Of a DNA stretch of 44,086 nucleotides, positions 24,518 to 36,128 are shown piece by piece. This DNA comes from Psammoneis japonica (Eukaryota), in contig QPGO01000230.1 in NCBI GenBank assembly GCA_008632985.1, positions 62,001-106,086 of the forward strand, written 5' to 3'. How positions within the stretch are numbered: the first letter of the stretch is position 1; the number at the start of each line of letters is the position of its first letter. The notes beneath the pieces are model-generated. The model saw only the letters and a program-made list of their open reading frames with translations, was not told where the DNA came from and ran no database searches. Both the position numbers and the translations under genes were made by a program.

Positions 24518-27118
24518 TTACGAAATTTCCGCATTTTTACGGTTGGGGTCGCTGAACAGTTGTACAGTGGTTGAGCATCCCAATCTAATGTTTGCGTGCT
24601 GCACCAACATTTCTGCGCACTGTTGCTGAGAAAAACACGTGGCGCTTCTCTCCTTCATGAGTCTCATCAAGGCTTCGCAGCCTTCTGGGACCTTGCATTT
24701 TCGCAGGTCCTTGCTTGGTGGCTTTCGCATGAACAGCCCTTCTCTGGTCTTTACTCTGGAGAGCACAACACACACCCAATTCTGAGTGTAGCTCCAAGAG
24801 TGTGCAAACAACTGCGGGACTCCACTCCCTTGCAGTTTGTGCCCTGCAGTGGCATTGTTGATGACAAACGGCAGCTGGGTTGCCTTCAGTTGGAAAGTGT
24901 GCCTTTGTTTGTCGCCTTCTTCTAAAGTTAGGCTGGGCTTGGCGATGCAAGCCCTGAAAGTGTTTGTTTTTGGCTCAACTAAAAACTTCGCGGGGTCGAT
25001 GCTTTTGTTGCAGTGTTCCAACACAACATGGTCTGCCTGACTGGCAAGCACAGCAGGAATGCCAATGTTGTTGTCTAAAGTCACTAGTCTTGGTTCCTGT
25101 CCTGGTTTGAGAACGACCTCATCAACAGTGGCTTGCGCTCCGTTTGCTTGACCGTTTGCTGCATTTTCGTTGAAAGGTGTCATGACTCTGCATCCTCTGT
25201 AAATTCGTAAGACTGGATCCATTCTTCCTGATTGCATGATGACGTCTCCTTCACCACAGTTGTTCCAGAAGCTGTTGCAAACCGGAAATGGCTGGCAGAG
25301 TCTCGTGCCATTCTGCACCTGCAAGTCGTCACTGAAAATCAACATTGAGTCAAGGATGTCTCCATCTCTTCTATGCAGTGTTTTTGCTCTTTTTTCGAAT
25401 GGGCCAGTGTCAATTGCATCTCTGTCCTTGTTTGCGTGCGTGGCACAGCGGAGGTCACTGGGCAGATCATCTTTGTTCTGAACTGCTCGTTCGTTGATGT
25501 GCTCTGTGTCGTCAACTGCAATCTCACCAGCGCGGAATCTCTCAAGCAGTTTTCCCCATGATGGATCGTCTTTAAACCTGTGTACACCACGAAGTTCCAT
25601 GTGGCAGTTGATCCACTCGTGAAACTCGGGACACACATCTTTGCACAGTGGTTTCACTCCTTTTCCGACTGGTTCTAGTTGCCTGAGGTCACCTGCGAAA
25701 ACAATGTTCATGCCACCGTGCAGCTTGCTTGATTCACTCTTCAACACTGTCAAATTCTCATGGAGTTTTTCTAGTTCTCTCTTGCTTGTAAAAGAAATCT
25801 CGTCTGCCACCAAAAGTCTCGTGTCTGACCATGCTTCAATTTGCTCTTGGGTCATTTGCTTTCTTCTCATGAGGCATGCAACTCGGTGGATTGTGCCCCC
25901 TTTGAGAATGGTGGCAGCCACTCCGGTCAGTGCAGTCACTCTGATTGTGCTTGTTGTGAACGGCTGCTCAATGAGCGAGCAATGCTCTCTTCTGCACTCC
26001 ACGACGAGGTCTGTTGTGGTTGATTTGCCACTTCCACCTGCACCATGTAAAAAACACACAAGTTGCAACGTTCCACGTCTTTGCACTTCCACGAGTTTCT
26101 TCAATCGGCAAAGGTTTGTTGCGAATCCGTGTCTGCTGTTTCTCCTGTTAAGTCCATTGCGTGACGTCTCGTCTTGAAGAGCATCTTGACAGCAAGTGAG
26201 CACAAAGGTTCCTGCTAGAATTTCAAAGGCACGCTGCTGTTGCCCATCCAGTCTTGCTTTCCCAGCCCAGTCTACGGTGCTTGCTGCAGATCCGTTTGCT
26301 TGACGTACATCGACGTGTTCTTCCAAACCTGTCATGTCCTCAAACGACCTTCTTGTTCTTTGCGTTCTAGTCAGTGTCACTCGAACAATGTCGTCTCTTG
26401 ACAGTGGTCTGCTGTGGATGTGTTGTTGCACTCCTTCATTCTGGTCTTCCTCGTCGGTGTCATCGCCGCCCTCTAGATTCTCAAAAAGTTGTCGTTCATT
26501 AACCTGGCTTTCCTTGTTTGGTGGGTCAGTGTGCATGTCTGCCAAGCATTTGCAACCACCCATGTGTGAACCTTTCTGTCTTGCACGTTTGCCACTCAAA
26601 TGCGCAGGAACAACTGCTTGGTCGCTCAACCCAATGTCATCGTCTTCTGGCTGCTCTGCCATTTCTTCCAAGAGTGCATCCAGCAGTTGACCCTGAACGG
26701 CGCCTGAAAGACCTTCTTCCTCATCACTTTCGCAACAGTCAAACGCAACGTCAGCAGGTCTAAATTGCTCTGTCTTTCTTTGCAGATCGTCAGATGCACT
26801 TTTGAGACGAAGGCAGTTGGACTTGGCATCCTGCAGGTTCTGCAAGAAGTTCAAGTTTTCCTCTGTGACAACACCGGCCACTGCGGAGAGTTGGAATTCA
26901 TGCAGGTGTGTGTGGGTTGTTGGTTTGAGTTCCGTCATTGTTCTGCAAGGCGCAAACAAGGCCAATGCCAACTTGCAGCACAATTCTTTGTCTGGTGTTG
27001 TTGGTTGCTGCGGATTCATGAGGCAACTGCCAAACTTGGCTGCATCAGGAAAATCACACTGAAGCACTTTTTGACAATCGCGGTTGCTGTCGCTGTCTGA
27101 CACCTTGAAGAAACTCAT
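24518..27118 (-). pseudogene. Helitron Pif1-family (SF1B) helicase region
   Basis: Walker A GAGGSGKS, TALTGVAA, Walker B DEISF, GGMNIVFAGDLRQLEPV, HRFKDDP, GHKLQG, WVCVVLSRV. Only 2 Tyr in 866 aa. Confidence 0.93.
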
Positions 27119-27169
27119 TCTTTGTTGAATTGCAAGACGGGTGCCTGTGCGCTCTGTTGTCGAACATCA

Positions 27170-29384
27170 TCATGCCGTGTTCGTTTTTCCTTGTGTTGCG
27201 AAGAACTTCGCACTCACTAAAAAACGCAAACGGACTGAGATTCTCCAGTGCTGTTGGACGACATGGGTGTGGTGCAAGGCCTGGCATTGGAAGAACGGTG
27301 TGTCGCCAAAATGGGCCACAGTCGCAGACACTTCATCTCTTTCTAGTGTGCTGACAATGTCTTTCAAGGGGCACCATGCGGTCAAATGAGATTCGATGAA
27401 ACGGCTTCCGTTCCTTGTCATGTAAGATGCAAGTGGTGGTCCAATGACGTTCGTCTTGTTGTGCGAGCAAGCACCCCATGTGAGACGTCTGATTGCTTCC
27501 GATGCATCAGATGCATGTTTCCGTAATTCCGTCGCCATCCTGTTCGTAGTTCGAAGCACTTCGTCGTACGATGCAGCATCATCTTTCTTGGTGTCTTTTA
27601 GGATGCACTCAATCGTGTGTTGAGCAGACGGTCCAGGCATCAACAAAGCAATGTTTGTGTTGCATGTCAGTTTTGATCTGCTTGTTGCAGGGCACGACAC
27701 GTTTTGAAAAGCATCGCACTTTCTCCTCTTCGGAACAACTTCCTTCATGCACCGACACGTGAAAGTCCCATCCCAGCTGAACCACTTTATCTGAGTGTCA
27801 TCTGCGTTCCTCACCAAATTATTTGGACACAAAGCAGCTGGTTGCCTGTGACGGCAGTCACCCAGTTTGAGCTCCTCTCGTTTCCTTTTCCTTGACAGCG
27901 TGTCCAGTTCCTCGTGTGGGGTTTTTTTATGCATTTTACGTAACTCTGTGCATTTGGGAAAACACGACTTCGTAACGTGCATGTGATGGTTGTAAGCTGC
28001 GTCCGGCATGTGTGCCTCCATTGTCCCTTGCGGACCACTTCGCTGGCATTGTACACACATTGCTTTTAGTCGCTTTGCATGGCCATCTGGATGGCGAGTC
28101 AGGCCAGGTGCACGGTGCCGTGACTGCAAAAAGCTTTCTACAAACTCGACGTTTGTCCAGCACTTGGTGCAGTGACGACAACAAGCAAACATTCCGTTCT
28201 TCGACTGCTGGCCGTCTTCATGCCTCAGGTTTCTTAGCTGTTGGTCGTCTGCTGCTTTTGGAGAGGTGCGATGCATTTTTGGCACTGTGCAGTCATGATC
28301 GAATGCTTCGCGCAACGCGTTAGTGCTGAAGTCCTCGCTGCAGATTAATTCCGTGCTGCAGATCTTCTGAACTGTGTTGGTGAGGTGCTCAGCACCTTCG
28401 CGTCGGATCTGTCTCATTGGCGAATGCAGTTTCTCTCTTGCATTGTTGATCGATGCGAACCAGATCTGCATGTGTCCGTGTGCTGTCAGACGTCCCTGCT
28501 CCTCAACTGCGGCTAAAAATGCGGCTGGCCTGCCAATGCAGAAGTTAAAGTTTTCTCTTGGTTGGTTGGCACTCAGATCCCAACCCACTGCCTCTTCCAT
28601 TGCAATGTCAAACAAGCACTCGAATGCAAAGGCTGTTAGACCGGGAAACTTTAGACGCAGTTCATTACGTTGCTCAGCCCTGCTGGCAAGAATTTCGTCC
28701 ATCAGTTGTGTCACGTCTTCGTTTGGGTCCAGGATGACACCCGAGTGCAGTTGCACAAGAAACGAATTTGCATCGTCCGGACTGACGGTTAAGAAAATGC
28801 CACCCTGACCAAAATGATGCTGATTGAGTTTCGGCGTTTCTCCTCATTTTCTTTGCTGCTTCGTTGCTGTGTGGCAGAGACGCAGATGCAACGTCGAGTG
28901 CACGCAAAAAGTGGTGCCCGAGTCCATGATCTCTTCTCTCGCCCAAGTTGCGATCACAAACAGCTCCATCCACATCGTCCACTGTCAGTTCGTTTGCAAA
29001 CTGTGCAGCCTGATTCTTGTCCCTGACTTTCCACCCTGCGCTCTGCAGCATCCTTTGCTTCATTGTCAAGTTGCAGCACATTAACACGAAGAGCTGCTCG
29101 TGGAAGTGAGGCTGGGAAATCCGTGCCAAGTGGTCGGCACAGTGTGCAAGGTTGGTGCTGTCTGTAAGACTTCCGTCTTTCTTCATTCTCGTCTCATTGA
29201 TTCCTCCTCTGCCAAAAGGAAACTGCAGCAGACACGCGCCAATGAAGTTGTTGCCTTTGAAATCACTCGCAGATTCTTTAGACAACTGTGCTTGCACCTC
29301 TAAATCAAATCCATTGGCAGCAGCTTCGTGTGCAAGATCTTTGAAGCAGTCCAGGTTGCGCTGACCACCGGTCGCAGGAGACAT
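27170..29384 (-). pseudogene. Helitron Rep (HUH endonuclease) region, frameshifted
   Basis: LLQFPFGRGG; motif 1 FGQGGIFLTVSPDD (about 28770-28813); HUH motif VEEQGRLTAHGHMQIW; motif 3 equivalent QHTIECILK (Y-x-x-x-Y-x-x-K after restoring Tyr). Confidence 0.88.
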
Positions 29385-29399
29385 GGTTCCATCAGGAAA

Positions 29400-30331
29400 G
29401 CAAGTGTGAAATGACTCTGAGGTCTCAATGTTCGCATTTTCTCCTTCTTCTTAGCTGGTGCTGTCGACAAGTGCGGGATTCCGCAGATTGCGCCTGACTT
29501 TGTCTAGATTTGTCTGTTGGCACACCCACTCTTGGTTTGGTGCAACAGCCATTCCATCGCCCTCAGCATGCAGTGCATCCTAATTCTGTTCTTTGAACGC
29601 GCAAGTTGTCTTTGCTCCGGAGTCATCTTTCCAGTCATCAGTGCAATCACATTCTGATGTAAATTCAGGCATCGAAGTGCACAACAATTCTTACGATGCT
29701 TTGCTCTTGACTTTGTAGTGTGTCAGACTTCCCTGAAGCTTCTTCTGTTTGCTGCCAAGGTGGCTGAAGCAGTGCCCGCATGTTTTCACTGGCGTGAGCA
29801 TTGCCAACTCTACTTTGGTTGGAGACAACAGTTTGTGCGGCGGGGTGCCGAAACAGTGGTTGTTCGCTATCGCGTGCGTTGGCACAACGGCTCTTCCCAG
29901 GCTTCTTCGGCATTCGCTGCAGCAAGTGAATCCGTTGACGCGTCGTCTGTCTTCCTGCACTGCGCATTGGGCGCGGGGAGAAAGCAGCAGGTCTTTGATC
30001 CAATCAGCATCTTCATGCTCTGCAGCGCAGCAGGACTTGAGACGATCAGATGTGCTGTTCCAGTCTGAAGGGGTGAGCAAGTTTCTTGCTGACTCCAATG
30101 TTTCAAGCAGCAAGCAGCAAACTTCTCCAGGTTTCAGCAGAACGTCACAGACTGAACACACGTGTGGTCTAAATTCTCCGTCTCCACGCAGATGCAGCAT
30201 CTCAAACTTTCCATTGATTGCACTGCAAACACGGGAGTTGGCCTCGTCCATCTTAATTTAAGCTGATGCTCCAACTCAACAAATTTCAAGAAGTTGCTCA
30301 GTGAAAACAGTTGTTTTTTCAGTGCGATCAC
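29400..30331 (-). pseudogene. N-terminal part of the Helitron Rep-helicase (Cys-rich, DUF6570-like)
   Basis: CSVCD..CCSECRRSL..PTHAIANNHCFGTPP..TKVELAML resembles the N-terminal domain typical of Helitron Rep-helicases. Confidence 0.7.
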
Positions 30332-30337
30332 CGTGAA

Positions 30338-30994
30338 GCTGTGATCGGTGCCATCCGATCACCACAGCGATGTGTGTTTTCTCACCACCTGGCCAGGTGC
30401 TGAGCACTGCGACTGGTGTCGTCCAGTCATCGCAGTGGTTCTGTCCAGTTGATCAACGAACTGCGTCGGTGCCATCCGTTCACCACTGCGCTGTGTCGTC
30501 TTCTCACAACCTGTGCAATCAGGTTGCTGTGAGAGCTGCGACTGGTGTCGTCCAGTCACCGCAGCCAGTAAGTTGCTTGACGAACTGCGTTGGTGCCATC
30601 CAATCACCGCAGCGTTGTGTCGTGTTCTCACAACCTGTGTGATCAGGTCTCTGTGAGAGCTGCAACTGGTGTCGTCCAGTCACCGCAGCTGAGCTTGTGC
30701 GTCATCTCACAACCTGCGTTGCGAGGTGCAGCGCTGTGTTGTTTGCTCACAACCTGTGCAATCAGGTCGCTGTGCAGCCAAGTGAACCAGTTGCTTGACG
30801 AACTGTGTCGGTGCCACCTGATCACCGCAGCGATGTGTCATGTTCTCACAACCTGTGTGATCAGGTCACTGTGAGAGCTGCGACTGGTGTCGTCCAGTCA
30901 CCGCAGCTGAGCTTGTGCGTCATCTCACAACCTGCATCACTGGGTCACTGTGAGAACTGAGAACTGCGATCGGTGTGGCCCAATCACCGTAGTT
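30338..30994. repeat. Array of about 16 hairpin units in three sequence classes with one shared geometry
   Basis: A: gctgtg-atcgg-tgccat-ccgat-cac-cacagc (30338). B: gctgcg-actgg-tgtcgt-ccagt-cac-cgcagc (30877). C: tctcaca-acctg-tgtgat-caggt-cac-tgtgaga (30844). Confidence 0.85.
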
Positions 30995-31148
30995 GGATGC
31001 TTTTCGTTTCCCTTTGCGCAAAGGTTCTGTCACAAAAAAGTGAGACGAAAGTGTGCCTCTTTCACCTCGATGGAAGAGTGACGTGTGCGTTCCTCCCACG
31101 TCCTTCTTCGTGCCAGACGTGCGATGTCCTGCTCAGTTTCGTTGACGT

Positions 31149-31258
31149 TGAACATCCCATGGGATGAGATTTGGATCTTGTTCAAGTTGTTTCGGCCATC
31201 TGCTCTGAACATTCCATGGGGCAAGATTCGGATCTTGTTCAAGTTGTTTCGGCAATCT
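31149..31258. repeat. Two-copy tandem repeat, period 57 bp
   Basis: tgaacat.ccatggg..agatt.ggatcttgttcaagttgtttcggc occurs at 31149 and 31206. Confidence 0.85.
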
Positions 31259-31794
31259 TGGTGGTGGGTGCAGCTTCATGCAAATTCTGCAGAATTGCGC
31301 TTTAACGAGTTGCGGGGCAGCCGAGTCAGTCGTGTGGCAACAACAGTGCGATTGACGTCATTCGGGTTTCCAAAGTGCGCGCAAATCCTCCAAATGGGTG
31401 ATGGACCCACCTCAGCCAACTGCCGGCACAGCAGTGACAGCGATGGCGTCAACCATTTGGCGACCACATTTCGTGCGCGATGGCCGCGCGGCAGCAACGG
31501 CTGAAATGCACACAAAGCACGGACGGAATTGCACGTGATTTTGCGCATTTTCAGCAAACTCACTGCGACTTTGCGTGCTCTGATCCTTGCATCTGTTTTG
31601 TTCAAATTGAATCCATGCACCACTTGCAAGTGCTGACACCTGGAAGGTTGCCTTGTTGCAGTTCGATGTGTTTGGATCTAGTTGCTGACGTTGCCAGTTC
31701 TCCTTGGCATGATGTGCGCAGCTCTGCTGGGTCTTTCTTGGCACTTCTGAACGATCGCACTTTTTGTTCCCACAATTTCTCTCCAACTGATTCG

Positions 31795-32661
31795 ATGGCA
31801 TGCAAAAGAAACACAACGACCTCCCCGGCTGCGAAAGTTGCCGAAACCAAACAGAAGAAGGCAAAGACGAAGTTTTCTGATGCTCTGTTGAAGAAACTAA
31901 GTCTGCCCCGCAAGACCAACGGCTTGACCAACGACGACCTTAAACCGGAAGACTGCCTTGCCAAGCACGGGTTCAAGCTTTCCAAATCCGCCGGTTCTGA
32001 CGATGGCAGCCATTCTGATGAGGACGCCCTCCTGCGCTGCGCCACCGTCACCGTCTGCCGCAAGAAAGGTGTCGTTTTTCGTCTCCAAGCCAAGAATCCC
32101 CTTTTGGCCAATGTTTGGTTGGAGAAGGTTCTGTTTGACAACCTTCGCAGCAGGACTCCGTGGGCGGTTCAAGTCGGATTCCACCCTTGCGCTGGCAGGT
32201 GGGTTCACGAAGGCGAGTTGCAGATGAACGCCAAGAACTGCGCCGTGCGTCTCTTCTTCATCTTCCTCGAAGAAGTCCCAACCGATGCCAAAGTGCACGG
32301 CCTCAGGAAGTGCATTGCAAAGCAGCTCAACGATGACCCTGAGAACAACACCGAGGTCTTTGTTGAAGACAACTTCTTCTGGATGAAGGATGCTGTTTGG
32401 TCCGAAATGATCGGCAACGAGGCGGCGCTTGCCAAGCTTCAGAAGGAAGGTGGTCAGTTTCACATCGGTTGGTGCGCCCAAAACAAGAACTTGCTTCACA
32501 GTTGCTTCTACAAGAGGTCGTTGCCTGTGGAACTCTGTTGTCTCATTAGAGCTCCGGCAGAAGAAGCTGGAGAAGAGGCCGACGATGATGTCGAGCTCAA
32601 CTGCGAAGTTGACCTGAACGTCGATGACGACTTGGTGCTTCATGACAGTGACGAAGACTGA
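31795..32661 (+). CDS. Hypothetical protein of about 288 aa with a basic N-terminus and acidic tail; hypermutated
   Basis: Uninterrupted frame with strong third-position C/G bias, a K-rich N-terminus (KQKKAKTK) and a D/E tail. No domain recognised. Confidence 0.7.
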   Translation: MACKRNTTTSPAAKVAETKQKKAKTKFSDALLKKLSLPRKTNGLTNDDLKPEDCLAKHGFKLSKSAGSDDGSHSDEDALLRCATVTVCRKKGVVFRLQAKNPLLANVWLEKVLFDNLRSRTPWAVQVGFHPCAGRWVHEGELQMNAKNCAVRLFFIFLEEVPTDAKVHGLRKCIAKQLNDDPENNTEVFVEDNFFWMKDAVWSEMIGNEAALAKLQKEGGQFHIGWCAQNKNLLHSCFYKRSLPVELCCLIRAPAEEAGEEADDDVELNCEVDLNVDDDLVLHDSDED

Positions 32662-32933
32662 GTTGTTTTTTTTTTGCCGGTGCAGTGCAAATTTGCAAAT
32701 GTTCAGCAAACCAAGTGTCGATTGCAACTCAGCTTTCCTCTGTCTCTTCAAGCATGTGCCATCTCCGACAACAACTTGTCGTCACCGCGAAGCAATGGCG
32801 AATTGAGCAGAGCAACTAGCGTGTGACGTCCAGTGCAGTGACAGCAAAAAAACAGTTCAGTTGAGTTCTCAAGCAAAATTGGCTGTTTTGCGATGGGCAA
32901 ATGCTTCCGTTCCAAGTGTGTCGGAGTGGGACG

Positions 32934-33800
32934 TCACATGTGCTGGCTGGTTGACTGAGAAGTCTCCTCTTTCTTGGTGTGCTTGTGGAAGACGAGATGT
33001 TTCACATCTCCGCTGTGCCACAAAAAGTCGCCATCATGGTGATCCACCGTGAAGGACTTGCACATCCACTCTCCCACGCACGACGCGAACAGCAGATCTA
33101 GCGCCACCACCACAGTCCCATCACAACACAACTTTGAAAGCATCGCCTCTGCCTTCTGCTGTGTGTTCTTGTCGTCGACCATGCGGGAGTTGCAGTTGTT
33201 GAAGAACACCTTGAGTCCTTTCTTTTTCCACAAAGGAGCCAGGCTCTCGTCCAAAAATGACTTGTTGATCAACTCTGACCCACCGTTTGAGCGAAGGCCA
33301 GCATGATGAGCCCAACGCACAGCCTCTTGGTGACAATCGTGGTTGGCCTTGATGCTCACCACGGTGCAACGGCGACGAAGTAACTTGAGCCCGATGCTGG
33401 GTCCGGCAACTCCCCTGCCCATGTCGACAGATGTGTCGCAGGTGTGATTCACGCCAAGAAGGCGTTCGTTCAAAAACACTTCACTGCTCAAAACGAAGCC
33501 AACTTCGCCGCCGTGTGAAGATCTGCTTCCGTCTCCGGAGACATGCCTGCTCTGGAACGTGGAGTCCGGAGCCGTTTGAAGATGAAACTCCCTGACACTT
33601 CTGTGACGATGGTTCATCGCACCCAACTTTGCAGCAACATCAACCTTGCTTGCAGCGGGTTCGACCAGATGTCGCGTTTCCAAACCAAACTGTGGCATGT
33701 GCAGAATGCGTAAATTTGCCGTCGCGCCCTCTGTGCACGCGAAATTTTCAAACGCGGCGTGCTGCCTCCACCTGCGCATGGAGCGATGTGTGAAGTCATT
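32934..33800 (-). pseudogene. DOT1-like class I SAM-dependent methyltransferase (putative histone H3K79 family)
   Basis: Motifs in DOT1 order: SSHGGEV (YGE), DTSVDMGRGVAG (DxGxG), VVSIKAN, INKSFLD, KVFFNNCN (vFvNN), LSKL..GTVVVAL, FLW..VFHKHTK. Lies within ORF 32934..34304; true start uncertain. Confidence 0.6.
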
Positions 33801-34620
33801 CAAACAGATGTGCAGATGCATTGATTTAATGAGACGCCTCCAGGCGATAAAATTTGTTTTGAATCTCGGCCTGCTTCTCATCGTTGCCGTGCTTGTACAT
33901 CTGTGTGATTCGAACGCACGAGCTGGCACGACACGTGACGCACTTCTGCACGAGAACTCGTGCTGAGATTGCCGTGGGATGATCCTCCCTCCGCGGACAC
34001 AAAAACAACGCGACAACACTTCCGTCATCATTTTGAAACACATTTCAAATTGAGACACACCATGTCGCAACTGCCTCGTGCCTCGCTGCGTCATCCTGCC
34101 AACCACAAGCACTTGTCGCGATTGAGTTACAATCGGTCTCGACAGTGTGGGGGTTTGGGACGTGCAGCTCGCAGCCCGACAACAAGCAAACACTTCTCGC
34201 GATTGGGTTTCAACCCCACTCCCGATGCGTTCCAGACACAGGTGGGAATCCGTGTGACATTGGGCCCCGTAGACTTCCACGTGCGAGCTCCGCAGTAAAA
34301 TCACACGGCAATTAAAATGTCAATGATCGCCAACAGAAAATGAGGCAATTTTGCGAACGCACAAACTCGCACATGATTGAAGCACATCATTTTTTACTCA
34401 GCCAGTTACATTCTTCAGACATTGAAGAATGTAACTGGTGCATTGTTGTTTCTGTGAATTTGTCACACAAAACGTCTGGGGGCTTCGCAAAACAGCGAGT
34501 CTGGACAATTTTTTTTAAATGTCACATGTAGAAATCTACGTGCGAAACATGTGACGGATGACAAAAATTGTTGTTGTCACACGCCAGCACTGTGAGCTCC
34601 CACCCAGGGCTGGAATGCGT

Positions 34621-34780
34621 CTCCCCTGGAGTCCACCGGTCCCTGTCAACAGAGTTTTGCTTTGGGTGCTGTTGAGGCAATGGAAAGCAGACACATCTCT
34701 TGATTGGGTTTTGACCCCACTCCCCTGGAGTCCGCCGGTCCCTGTCGACAGAGTTCTGCTTTGGGCACTGTTGAGACAAC
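34621..34780. repeat. Two copies of a roughly 60-bp direct repeat, period 99 bp
   Basis: ctcccctggagtcc.ccggtccctgtc.acagagtt.tgctttggg..ctgttgag occurs at 34621 and 34720. Confidence 0.85.
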
Positions 34781-35840
34781 AGCGACAGTGTCGAGTGGTG
34801 GAACATTTGCCGGCAAGTTCGCACACACGTTCTCTGTGAACACCGCATCGTCCATGCACACCAGGACACACGAGAACGTGTTGAGGGCTCATCCGCCATC
34901 CAAGATTGCTCGCCTCGTTCCACTCGCGCCGTGCGCCACCAATAGTCTCTCCACACACCACGTAGCCAACCGCACTCTAGCTCATGACGGCGACTACACT
35001 CAGCCTGCACCACCTTGTCTTGCTGACATTGACTTTGCCGAATTGGCTCCTCTGGTTGTCTGTGACCCTGTGCTCGATCTGAAGCCTTTCTTTGGCTTGG
35101 ACGGTTGCCGCTGTGACAACACCTGCACCCTGCTGCCGCGTTCTGCTGTGGTGTTCAGCTCCCCCAACCCAGCAGAACTAGTTGCTCAGTGCCGGGCACT
35201 TGAAGCACTGGAAGGCTGCACTGCCCAGTCCACCGTGCACGGCAAACAACGCGTTACCTTCATGGAGACGAACAGGAGCAAGCATTCCACGATTGGCCTG
35301 GCTGCCACGAGAGATGCTCAAATTTCTTGCAAGCAGCCTGGCATGGCCGACCAACACACTCACCACCTCACCAGACTTCTTTCACGCATGGAGCACCTTG
35401 TCAACGAGCACGTGGACTGTGCCATCCTCAAGGGCATCTCTCGTGTCAAAAAGTTTCACAACTGGAAATCCCTGGCACAGTCAGATGGCATTTTCTCCTC
35501 TCTGGCGGCTGGGCACAATGTCTTCCTCAACGCCCATCGGGACCAGGACTTCTTCCTGTCAGTGGTCACCGTGGTGGGAGTCCCTCTGTCCGGCAGCCAC
35601 ACCATGAATGACGGGATTGTGGTGCACTTCTGCTTCCCTGCCGAAGGCATCTCCATTGCACTCCGGCTTGGTGATGTCATAATTTTTAACCCCACCAAGC
35701 ACCACTGCATCTCCAGCAGGACAAACTCAAACGACGAGTTCTTCTGCGTGTCTCTCCACCTGAAGAGTGCTGCAGCAGGCAAGAATGACAATTCAATCCC
35801 CCTTTCTCTAGAGGAAGAGACCATTCTCAGGCGACTGTGA
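34704..35840 (+). pseudogene. 2-oxoglutarate/Fe(II) dioxygenase, TET/JBP-like
   Basis: NVFLNAHRDQDF (HxD), FCFPAEGISIALRLGDVIIFNPTKHHCISSR (distal His), VSLHLKS. The frame is open but has 1 Tyr in 378 aa. Confidence 0.65.
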
Positions 35841-36128
35841 CAGCACAAAATAATTTGCTAAATTTGCGTAAATTTGCTGACTTTCTGTGCTCAGGCAACC
35901 ATGCTGGTGCCAACTGGTTCACTGGATTTGCGCAAATTTGCCGACTTTCTGTTCTTCCTCGTTCCCATTTTTTGAACGACAACTGGGGCTACGCCTTTCC
36001 AACTGATGCTGCAGTTTCGCTGAAAAACACCAACACACTGTGCTGCTAATTTACAGAGCACACTGCACGGCAAATGTTTTGCCAGACGCAGAGCTTCTCT
36101 CCCCCGACTTGGGGAGTAGACGCGATTT

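Noticed and set aside
30338..30994. CRISPR array
   Set aside because: The sequences between repeats are themselves related hairpins rather than unique spacers, there are no cas genes, and the context is eukaryotic.
30338..30994. Iron-responsive elements (similar 5-bp stem, 6-nt loop and bulge)
   Set aside because: The loops do not match CAGUGN on either strand.
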